DNA from: Escherichia coli
Lineage (GTDB): Bacteria > Pseudomonadota > Gammaproteobacteria > Enterobacterales > Enterobacteriaceae
Reading direction: 5' to 3' (one strand)
DNA: 64,000 nt
NCBI RefSeq assembly: GCF_003334255.1
Contig: NZ_QOWU01000015.1
The first letter of the stretch is position 1, and each line of letters starts with the position of its first letter. The translations under genes were made by a program, and so were the position numbers. Positions 20,856 to 34,110 of this stretch are shown in pieces. The notes below the pieces were generated by a model, which was given only the letters and a program-made list of their open reading frames with translations, was not told where the DNA came from and did not search any database.

Positions 20856-23168
20856 ATGCCTCGCTTGTTAACCAAACGCGGCTGCTGGATAACGTTGGCA
20901 GCCGCGCCCTTTCTCCTTTTTCTTGCAGCGTGGGGAGCAGATAAACTCTGGCCTCTACCGCTGCATGAAGTCAATCCCGCACGAGTGGTCGTGGCGCAGG
21001 ATGGTACGCCGCTCTGGCGCTTCGCCGATGCTGACGGCATCTGGCGTTATCCGGTAACAATCGAAGATGTTTCTCCACGTTACCTTGAAGCGCTGATCAA
21101 TTATGAAGATCGCTGGTTCTGGAAGCATCCGGGGGTGAATCCATTCTCGGTGGCGCGCGCAGCATGGCAAGATCTCACTTCGGGACGGGTTATTTCCGGT
21201 GGCAGCACGCTCACTATGCAGGTTGCTCGTCTGCTTGATCCTCACCCCAAAACATTTGGCGGCAAAATTCGCCAGCTCTGGCGCGCGTTGCAACTGGAAT
21301 GGCATCTGTCTAAGCGTGAAATTCTGACCTTGTATCTTAACCGCGCTCCGTTTGGCGGTACGTTGCAGGGGATCGGTGCGGCAAGTTGGGCTTATCTCGG
21401 AAAATCGCCTGCGAATTTAAGCTATTCCGAGGCGGCAATGCTGGCGGTTTTGCCGCAAGCGCCCAGCCGTCTTCGCCCGGATCGTTGGCCGGAGCGTGCC
21501 GAAGCCGCGCGTAATAAAGTGCTCGAACGGATGGCCGTGCAAGGTGTGTGGTCCCGTGAGCAGGTAAAAGAGTCAAGGGAAGAACCCATCTGGCTGGCCC
21601 CCCGACAAATGCCGCAACTGGCACCGCTGTTTTCGCGCATGATGCTCGGTAAAAGCAAAAGCGACAAAATCACTACTACGTTGGATGCCGGTCTTCAACG
21701 ACGTCTGGAAGAACTGGCGCAAAACTGGAAAGGGCGGTTGCCACCGCGCAGCTCACTGGCGATGATCGTGGTTGATCATACCGATATGCGTGTTCGCGGC
21801 TGGGTGGGATCGGTTGATCTCAACGATGATTCACGCTTTGGTCATGTTGATATGGTCAATTCGATCCGATCGCCAGGATCAGTGCTCAAACCGTTTGTTT
21901 ATGGTCTGGCGCTGGATGAAGGCTTGATCCACCCGGCATCACTGCTGCAAGACGTCCCCCGGCGCACCGGTGATTATCGACCAGGTAACTTTGATAGCGG
22001 TTTTCATGGCCCGATCAGCATGAGCGAGGCGCTGGTGCGCTCGCTGAACTTACCTGCTGTGCAGGTGCTGGAAGCCTATGGACCGAAACGGTTTGCGGCA
22101 AAGTTACGCAATGTTGGATTGCCGTTATATTTGCCCAACGGTGCTGCGCCGAATCTTTCACTCATTCTCGGCGGCGCTGGTGCAAAACTGGAAGATATGG
22201 CGGCAGCGTATACCGCGTTTGCTCGCCACGGCAAGGCAGGCAAATTGCGCTTACAGCCTGACGATCCGCTGCTTGAACGGCCTTTAATGTCGTCGGGGGC
22301 GGCGTGGATCATTCGCCGGATTATGGCTGATGAAGCGCAACCCTTGCCGGATAGTGCCTTGCCGCGCGTCGCCCCACTGGCATGGAAAACGGGCACCAGC
22401 TATGGCTATCGTGACGCCTGGGCGATTGGGGTTAACGCTCGCTATGTCATTGGGATCTGGACTGGCAGACCGGACGGCACGCCCGTTGTTGGTCAGTTTG
22501 GCTTTGCCAGTGCCGTACCATTGTTGAATCAGGTCAATAATATCTTACTGTCGCGCAGTGCGAATCTGCCGGAAGACCCGCGCCCGAACTCAGTCACTCG
22601 TGGCGTTATCTGCTGGCCGGGCGGACAGTCTTTGCCGGAAGGTGACGGTAACTGTCGCCGCCGCCTGGCAACCTGGCTGCTGGACGGGAGTCAGCCGCCA
22701 ACTCTATTACTGCCGGAGCAGGAAGGCATTAATGGCATTCGTTTCCCCATCTGGCTGGATGAAAATGGCAAACGTGTTGCCGCTGATTGCCCGCAAGCGC
22801 GACAAGAAATGATAAATGTCTGGCCGCTACCGCTGGAACCCTGGCTGCCCGCATCAGAACGTCGCGCTGTGCGCTTACCACCGGCCTCGACAAGTTGCCC
22901 GCCATACGGTCACGATGCCCAGCTCCCGCTGCAGCTGACAGGCGTTCGCGATGGCGCGATTATTAAACGTTTACCGGGCGCAGCGGAAGCGACTTTGCCG
23001 TTGCAATCAAGTGGAGGGGCAGGTGAACGCTGGTGGTTTCTGAATGGCGAACCGTTAACTGAACGCGGGCGCAACGTGACCCTGCATTTGACGGATAAAG
23101 GTGATTATCAATTGCTGGTGATGGATGACGTGGGGCAAATCGCGACAGTGAAATTTGTCATGCAATAG
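20856..23168 (+). CDS. pbpC: penicillin-binding protein 1C (bifunctional glycosyltransferase/transpeptidase)
   Basis: 770 aa; GT51 motif (EDRWFWKH, GGSTLTMQ), transpeptidase motifs (SPGSVLKP, KTGTS). Confidence 0.95.
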   Translation: MPRLLTKRGCWITLAAAPFLLFLAAWGADKLWPLPLHEVNPARVVVAQDGTPLWRFADADGIWRYPVTIEDVSPRYLEALINYEDRWFWKHPGVNPFSVARAAWQDLTSGRVISGGSTLTMQVARLLDPHPKTFGGKIRQLWRALQLEWHLSKREILTLYLNRAPFGGTLQGIGAASWAYLGKSPANLSYSEAAMLAVLPQAPSRLRPDRWPERAEAARNKVLERMAVQGVWSREQVKESREEPIWLAPRQMPQLAPLFSRMMLGKSKSDKITTTLDAGLQRRLEELAQNWKGRLPPRSSLAMIVVDHTDMRVRGWVGSVDLNDDSRFGHVDMVNSIRSPGSVLKPFVYGLALDEGLIHPASLLQDVPRRTGDYRPGNFDSGFHGPISMSEALVRSLNLPAVQVLEAYGPKRFAAKLRNVGLPLYLPNGAAPNLSLILGGAGAKLEDMAAAYTAFARHGKAGKLRLQPDDPLLERPLMSSGAAWIIRRIMADEAQPLPDSALPRVAPLAWKTGTSYGYRDAWAIGVNARYVIGIWTGRPDGTPVVGQFGFASAVPLLNQVNNILLSRSANLPEDPRPNSVTRGVICWPGGQSLPEGDGNCRRRLATWLLDGSQPPTLLLPEQEGINGIRFPIWLDENGKRVAADCPQARQEMINVWPLPLEPWLPASERRAVRLPPASTSCPPYGHDAQLPLQLTGVRDGAIIKRLPGAAEATLPLQSSGGAGERWWFLNGEPLTERGRNVTLHLTDKGDYQLLVMDDVGQIATVKFVMQ

Positions 23169-23316
23169 TCTGTTTTGTCCCTGATTGTTGCTAAAACTCA
23201 TTTTATTTTAAAAAAATGTTACCTTCATCAATAGTCAACGGCCCTGTTGCTCATTATAATCCGCGCCATCTCGTACGCTGGTACAGACAACAACAGAACA
23301 ATTTACAGAGGTAAAA

Positions 23317-23748
23317 ATGGCTATTGAACGTACTTTTTCCATCATCAAACCGAACGCGGTAGCAAAAAACGTCATTGGTAATATCTTTGCGCGCTTTGAA
23401 GCTGCAGGGTTCAAAATTGTTGGCACCAAAATGCTGCACCTGACCGTTGAACAGGCACGTGGCTTTTATGCTGAACACGATGGAAAACCGTTCTTTGATG
23501 GTCTGGTTGAATTCATGACCTCTGGCCCGATCGTGGTTTCCGTGCTGGAAGGTGAAAACGCCGTTCAGCGTCACCGCGATCTGCTGGGCGCGACCAATCC
23601 GGCAAACGCACTGGCTGGTACTCTGCGCGCTGATTACGCTGACAGCCTGACCGAAAACGGTACCCACGGTTCTGATTCCGTCGAATCTGCCGCTCGCGAA
23701 ATCGCTTATTTCTTTGGCGAAGGCGAAGTGTGCCCGCGCACCCGTTAA
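23317..23748 (+). CDS. ndk: nucleoside diphosphate kinase
   Basis: 143 aa; NGTHGSDS active-site region. Confidence 0.97.
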
Positions 23749-23808
23749 TAATTTCGTAAATGCCGCGTGCAAACGTGGCATCCGTGCGCCAGAATTTGTA
23801 CAATGCAG

Positions 23809-23850
23809 CGCCCCCGGACGAGCAGCCGCTCACCGGGGCGTTTCTTTTTT
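23809..23850 (+). terminator. probable intrinsic terminator downstream of ndk
   Basis: GC-rich stem (cccccgg...ccggggcg) followed by tttctttttt. Confidence 0.5.
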
Positions 23851-23897
23851 CAACCCTCCAGGGGCCATAACGTGTAATAACGAGGCCGGAATAGCAT

Positions 23898-25052
23898 ATG
23901 TCTGAACAATTAGTCACACCTGAAAACGTCACCACGAAAGATGGAAAAATCAACCTGCTGGATCTCAACCGTCAGCAGATGCGGGAGTTTTTTAAAGATT
24001 TAGGTGAAAAACCCTTCCGCGCCGATCAGGTGATGAAGTGGATGTATCACTATTGCTGCGACAACTTTGATGAGATGACCGACATCAACAAAGTGTTGCG
24101 CGGCAAACTGAAAGAGGTGGCGGAAATCCGCGCACCGGAAGTGGTTGAAGAACAGCGTTCATCTGACGGCACCATTAAATGGGCGATCGCCGTTGGCGAT
24201 CAGCGCGTCGAAACGGTGTATATCCCGGAAGACGACCGTGCCACGCTCTGCGTCTCTTCGCAGGTGGGGTGTGCGCTGGAGTGTAAATTCTGTTCCACCG
24301 CCCAGCAGGGCTTTAACCGCAACCTGCGGGTGTCGGAAATTATCGGCCAGGTGTGGCGTGCGGCGAAAATCGTCGGCGCAGCAAAAGTCACCGGTCAGCG
24401 TCCGATCACTAACGTAGTGATGATGGGCATGGGCGAGCCGCTGCTCAACCTGAACAACGTCGTTCCGGCGATGGAAATCATGCTTGATGATTTCGGTTTT
24501 GGCCTGTCTAAACGTCGCGTCACGCTTTCCACTTCCGGTGTAGTTCCGGCGCTGGATAAACTGGGCGATATGATCGACGTTGCACTGGCAATTTCCCTGC
24601 ACGCGCCGAACGACGAAATTCGTGACGAAATTGTGCCGATCAACAAAAAGTACAATATCGAAACGTTCCTTGCTGCGGTGCGCCGTTATCTGGAGAAATC
24701 CAACGCCAATCAGGGCCGAGTCACTATTGAATACGTGATGCTTGACCACGTTAACGACGGCACTGAACACGCGCACCAACTGGCGGAACTGCTGAAAGAT
24801 ACGCCGTGTAAGATCAACCTGATCCCGTGGAACCCGTTCCCGGGTGCGCCGTATGGACGCAGCTCGAACAGCCGTATCGACCGTTTCTCAAAAGTGCTGA
24901 TGAGCTACGGTTTCACCACTATTGTGCGTAAAACTCGTGGTGATGATATCGATGCTGCCTGTGGTCAGTTGGCGGGCGATGTTATCGACCGTACGAAACG
25001 TACCCTGCGTAAACGGATGCAGGGTGAAGCCATCGACATTAAAGCGGTCTGA
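23898..25052 (+). CDS. rlmN: radical SAM rRNA/tRNA A2503/A37 methyltransferase RlmN
   Basis: 384 aa; CxxxCxxC radical-SAM motif (CALECKFC). Confidence 0.96.
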
Positions 25053-25055
25053 TAG

Positions 25056-25100
25056 CCATTACGCCACGGTTACTTTATGTACCGTGGCGTAATGTTTTAT
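25056..25100 (+). terminator. long hairpin plus T-run after rlmN
   Basis: ccattacgccacggt...accgtggcgtaatg followed by ttttat. Confidence 0.55.
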
Positions 25101-25336
25101 GAATGAAGTATTAAGTTGCAATTGTCTGGTCAATATTAACGGTGCGTTTTTGCTGACTTTAAGGCAGTATGTAACGATGCAACAGTAAGTTAGCCTTAGT
25201 GAATGTGGGCTTTGTCACGAGCACACAGACGGTCTTATACTGTATGATAACGGTTAACTTAACGGATGTTTCGCGGTGTGGGTGAGCATGATGGTTCACC
25301 GGCATCTCAATTCTCATTTAAACGTACCTGCAGCGA

Positions 25337-26350
25337 ATGAATACTGAAGCCACGCACGACCAAAATGAAGCACTTACTACCGGCGCTCGCCTGCGTAATG
25401 CTCGCGAACAACTAGGACTTAGTCAGCAGGCCGTTGCCGAGCGACTTTGCCTGAAGGTTTCCACGGTACGCGACATTGAAGAAGATAAGGCACCCGCCGA
25501 TCTTGCTTCAACATTCCTGCGCGGATATATCCGCTCTTATGCGCGTCTGGTACATATTCCAGAAGAAGAACTGCTGCCAGGGCTGGAAAAGCAGGCTCCA
25601 CTTCGGGCTGCAAAAGTTGCGCCGATGCAGAGTTTTTCCCTCGGTAAACGCCGCAAAAAACGCGACGGCTGGCTGATGACCTTCACTTGGCTGGTGTTGT
25701 TTGTGGTTATCGGCCTGAGCGGTGCCTGGTGGTGGCAAGACCACAAAGCTCAGCAGGAAGAGATCACCACTATGGCCGATCAATCTTCGGCGGAACTGAG
25801 CAGTAATAGCGAGCAGGGGCAGAGTGTTCCATTAAATACGTCGACAACTACAGACCCGGCTACAACGTCCACGCCGCCAGCGTCTGTGGATACTACCGCA
25901 ACCAACACGCAAACACCTGCCGTAACTGCGCCAGCACCAGTTGTTGATCCGCAACAGAATGCGGTTGTTTCGCCTTCGCAGGCAAATGTTGATACCGCCG
26001 CGACCCCGGCACCAACGGCAGCAACAACGCCAGATGGTGCTGCGCCGTTGCCAACCGATCAGGCTGGCGTGACCACGCCGGTGGCTGATCCGAATGCGCT
26101 GGTGATGAACTTTACTGCCGATTGCTGGCTGGAGGTCACTGATGCTACCGGTAAAAAATTGTTTAGCGGTATGCAGCGTAAAGACGGTAATTTGAACTTA
26201 ACCGGCCAGGCACCGTACAAACTGAAAATTGGTGCGCCAGCCGCAGTACAGATCCAGTATCAAGGGAAACCTGTCGATCTGAGTCGTTTTATCAGAACTA
26301 ACCAGGTTGCGCGTCTGACCCTCAATGCCGAACAATCACCGGCGCAGTAA
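25337..26350 (+). CDS. rodZ: cytoskeleton protein RodZ (HTH, TM helix, Pro/Thr/Ala-rich linker)
   Basis: 337 aa; N-terminal HTH ([11 protein letters not shown]), single TM, low-complexity periplasmic linker. Confidence 0.95.
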   Translation: MNTEATHDQNEALTTGARLRNAREQLGLSQQAVAERLCLKVSTVRDIEEDKAPADLASTFLRGYIRSYARLVHIPEEELLPGLEKQAPLRAAKVAPMQSFSLGKRRKKRDGWLMTFTWLVLFVVIGLSGAWWWQDHKAQQEEITTMADQSSAELSSNSEQGQSVPLNTSTTTDPATTSTPPASVDTTATNTQTPAVTAPAPVVDPQQNAVVSPSQANVDTAATPAPTAATTPDGAAPLPTDQAGVTTPVADPNALVMNFTADCWLEVTDATGKKLFSGMQRKDGNLNLTGQAPYKLKIGAPAAVQIQYQGKPVDLSRFIRTNQVARLTLNAEQSPAQ

Positions 26351-26376
26351 CAGACGGGTAACGCGGGAGATTTTTC

Positions 26377-27495
26377 ATGCATAACCAGGCTCCAATTCAA
26401 CGTAGAAAATCAACACGTATTTACGTTGGGAATGTGCCGATTGGCGATGGTGCTCCCATCGCCGTACAGTCCATGACCAATACGCGTACGACAGACGTCG
26501 AAGCAACGGTCAATCAAATCAAGGCGCTGGAACGCGTTGGCGCTGATATCGTCCGTGTATCCGTACCGACGATGGACGCGGCAGAAGCGTTCAAACTCAT
26601 CAAACAGCAGGTTAACGTGCCGCTGGTGGCTGACATCCACTTCGACTATCGCATTGCGCTGAAAGTAGCGGAATACGGCGTCGATTGTCTGCGTATTAAC
26701 CCTGGCAATATCGGTAATGAAGAGCGTATTCGCATGGTGGTTGACTGTGCGCGCGATAAAAACATTCCGATCCGTATTGGCGTTAACGCCGGATCGCTGG
26801 AAAAAGATCTGCAAGAAAAGTATGGCGAACCGACGCCGCAGGCGTTGCTGGAATCTGCCATGCGTCATGTTGATCATCTCGATCGCCTGAACTTCGATCA
26901 GTTCAAAGTCAGCGTGAAAGCGTCTGACGTCTTCCTCGCTGTTGAGTCTTATCGTTTGCTGGCAAAACAGATCGATCAGCCGTTGCATCTGGGGATCACC
27001 GAAGCCGGTGGTGCGCGCAGCGGGGCAGTAAAATCCGCCATTGGTTTAGGTCTGCTGCTGTCTGAAGGCATCGGCGACACGCTGCGCGTATCGCTGGCGG
27101 CCGATCCGGTCGAAGAGATCAAAGTCGGTTTCGATATTTTGAAATCGCTGCGTATCCGTTCGCGAGGGATCAACTTCATCGCCTGCCCGACCTGTTCGCG
27201 TCAGGAATTTGATGTTATCGGTACGGTTAACGCGCTGGAGCAACGCCTGGAAGATATCATCACTCCGATGGACGTTTCGATTATCGGCTGCGTGGTGAAT
27301 GGCCCAGGTGAGGCGCTGGTTTCTACACTCGGCGTCACCGGCGGCAACAAGAAAAGCGGCCTCTATGAAGATGGCGTGCGCAAAGACCGTCTGGACAACA
27401 ACGATATGATCGACCAGCTGGAAGCACGCATTCGTGCGAAAGCCAGTCAGCTGGACGAAGCGCGTCGAATTGACGTTCAGCAGGTTGAAAAATAA
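26377..27495 (+). CDS. ispG: 4-hydroxy-3-methylbut-2-enyl diphosphate synthase IspG
   Basis: 372 aa; Fe-S Cys motif (ACPTCSR...GCVVNGPGE). Confidence 0.96.
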
Positions 27496-27605
27496 TAACG
27501 TGATGGGAAGCGCCTCGCTTCCCGTGTATGATTGAACCCGCATGGCTCCCGAAACATTGAGGGAAGCGTTGAGGGTTCATTTTTATATTCAGAAAGAGAA
27601 TAAAC

Positions 27606-28880
27606 GTGGCAAAAAACATTCAAGCCATTCGCGGCATGAACGATTACCTGCCTGGCGAAACGGCCATCTGGCAGCGCATTGAAGGCACACTGAAAAACGT
27701 GCTCGGCAGCTACGGTTACAGTGAAATCCGCTTGCCGATTGTAGAGCAGACCCCGCTATTCAAACGTGCGATTGGTGAAGTCACCGACGTGGTTGAAAAA
27801 GAGATGTACACCTTTGAGGATCGCAATGGCGACAGCCTGACTCTGCGCCCTGAAGGGACGGCGGGCTGTGTACGCGCCGGCATCGAGCATGGTCTTCTGT
27901 ACAATCAGGAACAGCGTCTGTGGTATATCGGGCCGATGTTCCGTCACGAGCGTCCGCAGAAAGGGCGTTATCGTCAGTTCCATCAGTTGGGCTGCGAAGT
28001 TTTCGGTCTGCAAGGTCCGGATATCGACGCTGAACTGATTATGCTCACTGCCCGCTGGTGGCGCGCGCTGGGTATTTCCGAGCACGTAACTCTTGAGCTG
28101 AACTCTATCGGTTCGCTGGAAGCACGCGCCAATTACCGCGATGCGCTGGTGGCATTCCTTGAGCAGCATAAAGAAAAGCTGGACGAAGACTGCAAACGCC
28201 GCATGTACACTAACCCGCTGCGCGTGCTGGATTCAAAAAATCCGGAAGTGCAGGCGCTTCTCAACGACGCTCCGGCATTAGGTGACTATCTGGACGAGGA
28301 ATCTCGTGAGCATTTTGCCGGTCTGTGCAAACTGCTGGAGAGCGCGGGGATCGCTTACACCGTAAACCAGCGTCTGGTGCGTGGTCTGGATTACTACAAC
28401 CGTACCGTTTTCGAGTGGGTGACTAACAGTCTCGGCTCCCAGGGCACCGTGTGTGCAGGCGGTCGTTATGACGGTCTTGTGGAACAACTGGGCGGTCGTG
28501 CAACACCGGCTGTCGGTTTTGCGATGGGCCTCGAACGTCTTGTATTGTTAGTACAGGCCGTTAATCCGGAATTTAAAGCCGATCCTGTTGTCGATATATA
28601 CCTGGTGGCTTCAGGTGCTGATACACAATCTGCGGCTATGGCATTAGCTGAGCGTCTGCGTGATGAATTACCGGGCGTGAAATTGATGACCAACCACGGC
28701 GGCGGCAACTTTAAGAAACAGTTTGCCCGTGCTGATAAATGGGGTGCCCGCGTTGCTGTGGTGCTGGGTGAGTCTGAAGTGGCTAACGGCACAGCAGTAG
28801 TGAAGGATTTGCGCTCTGGTGAGCAAACGGCAGTTGCGCAGGATAGCGTAGCCGCGCATTTGCGCACGTTACTGGGTTAA
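27606..28880 (+). CDS. hisS: histidyl-tRNA synthetase
   Basis: 424 aa; class II aaRS motifs ([16 protein letters not shown]). Confidence 0.96.
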
Positions 28881-28897
28881 GGAAGGAGAAGGACAGC

Positions 28898-29518
28898 GTG
28901 GAAATTTACGAGAACGAAAACGACCAGGTAGAAGCGGTTAAACGCTTTTTTGCTGAAAATGGCAAAGCACTGGCTGTTGGGGTGATTTTGGGCGTTGGCG
29001 CACTGATTGGCTGGCGCTACTGGAACAGCCATCAGGTTGATTCTGCACGCTCCGCTTCTCTTGCCTATCAAAATGCGGTTACCGCAGTGAGCGAAGGCAA
29101 ACCGGATAGCATCCCGGCGGCGGAAAAATTTGCTGCTGAAAATAAAAATACTTATGGTGCGCTGGCTTCTTTGGAACTTGCGCAGCAATTTGTTGACAAA
29201 AATGAACTAGAGAAAGCTGCCGCCCAGTTACAACAGGGGCTGGCAGACACGAGCGATGAAAATCTCAAAGCCGTGATAAATCTGCGTCTTGCTCGCGTTC
29301 AGGTACAGCTCAAGCAGGCTGATGCCGCGCTGAAAACCCTTGATACCATCAAAGGTGAAGGGTGGGCTGCCATTGTTGCCGACCTGCGTGGTGAAGCATT
29401 GCTGAGCAAAGGTGATAAGCAAGGTGCGCGTAGTGCATGGGAAGCAGGCGTGAAAAGCGATGTTACTCCGGCACTGAGCGAAATGATGCAGATGAAAATT
29501 AATAATTTGTCCATCTGA
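28898..29518 (+). CDS. yfgM: membrane-anchored TPR-like protein YfgM
   Basis: 206 aa, GTG start, single N-terminal TM helix; synteny. Confidence 0.92.
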   Translation: MEIYENENDQVEAVKRFFAENGKALAVGVILGVGALIGWRYWNSHQVDSARSASLAYQNAVTAVSEGKPDSIPAAEKFAAENKNTYGALASLELAQQFVDKNELEKAAAQLQQGLADTSDENLKAVINLRLARVQVQLKQADAALKTLDTIKGEGWAAIVADLRGEALLSKGDKQGARSAWEAGVKSDVTPALSEMMQMKINNLSI

Positions 29519-29528
29519 GAGGGACCCG

Positions 29529-30707
29529 ATGCAATTGCGTAAATTACTGCTGCCAGGACTGCTTTCCGTTACCCTTTTAAGCGGCTGTTCGCTGTTTAAC
29601 AGCGAAGAAGATGTGGTAAAGATGTCCCCATTGCCAACCGTTGAAAACCAGTTTACGCCGACCACGGCGTGGAGCACTTCCGTTGGTAGCGGCATTGGCA
29701 ACTTCTATTCCAATCTTCATCCGGCACTGGCGGACAACGTTGTCTATGCAGCGGACCGCGCTGGTTTAGTAAAAGCGCTGAATGCGGATGATGGCAAAGA
29801 AATCTGGTCTGTCAGCCTGGCCGAGAAAGATGGCTGGTTCTCTAAAGAGCCTGCATTACTTTCTGGCGGTGTGACCGTGTCTGGTGGGCATGTCTACATT
29901 GGCAGCGAAAAGGCGCAGGTTTACGCGCTGAATACCAGCGATGGTACTGTGGCATGGCAAACTAAAGTCGCGGGTGAAGCACTTTCGCGCCCGGTGGTCA
30001 GCGACGGTCTGGTGTTAATCCACACCAGTAACGGTCAGTTACAAGCGCTGAACGAAGCTGACGGCGCTGTCAAATGGACAGTTAACCTCGATATGCCTTC
30101 GCTCTCTTTGCGTGGCGAGTCTGCGCCGGCAACGGCTTTTGGTGCGGCCGTCGTGGGGGGCGATAATGGTCGCGTCAGCGCAGTGCTGATGGAACAGGGC
30201 CAGATGATTTGGCAGCAGCGTATTTCCCAGGCGACCGGTTCTACCGAAATTGACCGTCTGAGCGATGTTGACACGACTCCCGTCGTTGTTAACGGCGTTG
30301 TTTTCGCGCTGGCCTATAATGGTAACCTGACGGCGCTTGATCTGCGCAGTGGTCAGATTATGTGGAAACGCGAACTGGGTTCGGTGAATGATTTCATCGT
30401 CGACGGCAATCGCATCTATCTGGTCGATCAAAATGACCGGGTGATGGCGTTGACCATTGATGGCGGCGTTACGCTGTGGACACAAAGCGATCTGCTGCAT
30501 CGCCTGCTGACTTCTCCGGTGCTGTATAATGGCAACCTGGTGGTCGGTGACAGTGAAGGTTATCTGCACTGGATTAACGTCGAAGATGGTCGTTTCGTTG
30601 CCCAGCAAAAAGTTGATAGTTCCGGTTTCCAGACTGAACCGGTTGCCGCTGACGGCAAACTGCTGATCCAGGCAAAAGACGGAACCGTGTACTCTATTAC
30701 ACGTTAA
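29529..30707 (+). CDS. bamB: outer membrane assembly lipoprotein BamB (PQQ beta-propeller)
   Basis: 392 aa; lipobox LLSGCS; repeated propeller blades. Confidence 0.95.
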   Translation: MQLRKLLLPGLLSVTLLSGCSLFNSEEDVVKMSPLPTVENQFTPTTAWSTSVGSGIGNFYSNLHPALADNVVYAADRAGLVKALNADDGKEIWSVSLAEKDGWFSKEPALLSGGVTVSGGHVYIGSEKAQVYALNTSDGTVAWQTKVAGEALSRPVVSDGLVLIHTSNGQLQALNEADGAVKWTVNLDMPSLSLRGESAPATAFGAAVVGGDNGRVSAVLMEQGQMIWQQRISQATGSTEIDRLSDVDTTPVVVNGVVFALAYNGNLTALDLRSGQIMWKRELGSVNDFIVDGNRIYLVDQNDRVMALTIDGGVTLWTQSDLLHRLLTSPVLYNGNLVVGDSEGYLHWINVEDGRFVAQQKVDSSGFQTEPVAADGKLLIQAKDGTVYSITR

Positions 30708-30728
30708 TCGTCTCTGTCGTTCACTTTG

Positions 30729-30766
30729 AAAACGGCTCCTGGACAGGGGCCGTTTTCCTGTTTTTA
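30729..30766 (+). terminator. probable intrinsic terminator after bamB
   Basis: aaaacggctcctg-ga-caggggccgtttt followed by cctgttttt. Confidence 0.5.
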
Positions 30767-30824
30767 ACAACGACGCGAATATAGCGTGCGTTGTCTGATG
30801 ATTTATAAAAATGAGGCTTTAAAC

Positions 30825-32297
30825 ATGGTACCTGTGGTCGCGCTTGTCGGGCGCCCTAACGTAGGAAAATCCACGTTATTTAACCGTCTAACTCGCACCC
30901 GAGATGCGCTGGTTGCGGATTTCCCGGGTCTGACTCGTGACCGTAAGTACGGTCGTGCGGAAATTGAAGGCCGTGAGTTTATCTGTATTGATACCGGCGG
31001 GATTGATGGCACAGAAGACGGTGTAGAAACCCGCATGGCGGAACAGTCGCTGCTGGCGATTGAAGAAGCGGACGTCGTACTGTTTATGGTGGATGCGCGC
31101 GCGGGCCTGATGCCGGCAGATGAAGCGATTGCCAAACATCTGCGCTCCCGTGAAAAACCGACCTTCCTGGTGGCAAACAAAACTGACGGTCTGGATCCCG
31201 ATCAGGCAGTGGTTGATTTCTACTCGCTTGGTTTAGGTGAAATCTACCCGATCGCCGCGTCTCACGGTCGTGGCGTATTAAGTCTGCTGGAGCATGTGCT
31301 GCTGCCGTGGATGGAAGATCTCGCACCGCAAGAGGAAGTCGACGAAGACGCTGAATACTGGGCGCAATTTGAAGCGGAAGAGAACGGCGAAGAAGAAGAG
31401 GAAGACGACTTCGACCCGCAAAGTCTGCCGATCAAACTGGCGATTGTGGGTCGTCCGAACGTAGGTAAGTCTACACTCACTAACCGTATTCTTGGTGAAG
31501 AGCGCGTTGTTGTTTACGACATGCCTGGCACGACGCGTGACAGCATCTACATCCCAATGGAACGCGATGGACGTGAGTATGTGCTCATTGACACCGCTGG
31601 CGTACGTAAACGCGGCAAAATCACCGATGCTGTAGAGAAATTCTCCGTAATCAAAACGTTGCAGGCCATTGAAGACGCCAACGTGGTGATGTTAGTGATT
31701 GATGCGCGCGAAGGTATTTCCGATCAGGATCTCTCGCTGCTGGGCTTTATTCTCAATAGTGGGCGCTCACTTGTCATTGTGGTGAATAAGTGGGATGGCC
31801 TGAGTCAGGAAGTGAAAGAGCAGGTGAAAGAAACGCTGGACTTCCGTCTGGGCTTTATCGATTTTGCTCGTGTGCACTTTATCTCTGCCTTGCACGGCAG
31901 TGGTGTTGGTAACTTGTTTGAATCAGTACGTGAAGCGTATGACAGCTCCACCCGTCGTGTGGGGACCTCTATGCTGACGCGCATCATGACGATGGCTGTT
32001 GAAGATCACCAACCGCCGCTGGTACGCGGTCGTCGTGTGAAGCTGAAATATGCCCACGCCGGTGGTTATAACCCGCCGATTGTGGTGATTCACGGTAATC
32101 AGGTGAAAGACCTGCCTGATTCCTACAAGCGCTACTTGATGAACTACTTCCGCAAATCGCTGGACGTAATGGGATCGCCGATTCGTATTCAGTTCAAAGA
32201 AGGGGAAAACCCGTATGCGAATAAGCGTAACACCCTGACGCCAACCCAGATGCGTAAACGTAAGCGTCTGATGAAGCACATCAAGAAAAATAAATAA
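30825..32297 (+). CDS. der: ribosome-associated GTPase Der/EngA (two GTPase domains)
   Basis: 490 aa from [17 protein letters not shown]; second G1 motif [10 protein letters not shown]; acidic linker. Confidence 0.96.
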
Positions 32298-32366
32298 TTA
32301 TCCGTAAGTATTTTATCTGCCATTCCCTCTATGAATGTAGAGGGAATGGCTACCGGAGGAATTCAT

Positions 32367-33979
<1,613 letters not shown>

Positions 33980-34043
33980 TTATTCAGTCGATAGTAACCC
34001 GCCCTTCGGGGATAGCAAGCATTTTTTGCAAAAAGGGGTAGAT

Positions 34044-34067
34044 GCAATCGGTTACGCTCTGTATAAT
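34044..34067 (+). promoter_or_regulatory. guaB promoter -10 (TATAAT) with overlapping PurR-box-like sequence
   Basis: gcaatcggttac resembles the PurR half-palindrome; TATAAT at about 34062-34067. Confidence 0.4.
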
Positions 34068-34110
34068 GCCGCGGCAATATTTATTAACCACTCTGGTCGA
34101 GATATTGCCC

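Noticed and set aside
25800-26110. Low-complexity Thr/Pro/Ala-rich coding repeat within rodZ
   Set aside because: Compositionally biased periplasmic linker intrinsic to RodZ, not a mobile or tandem DNA repeat.
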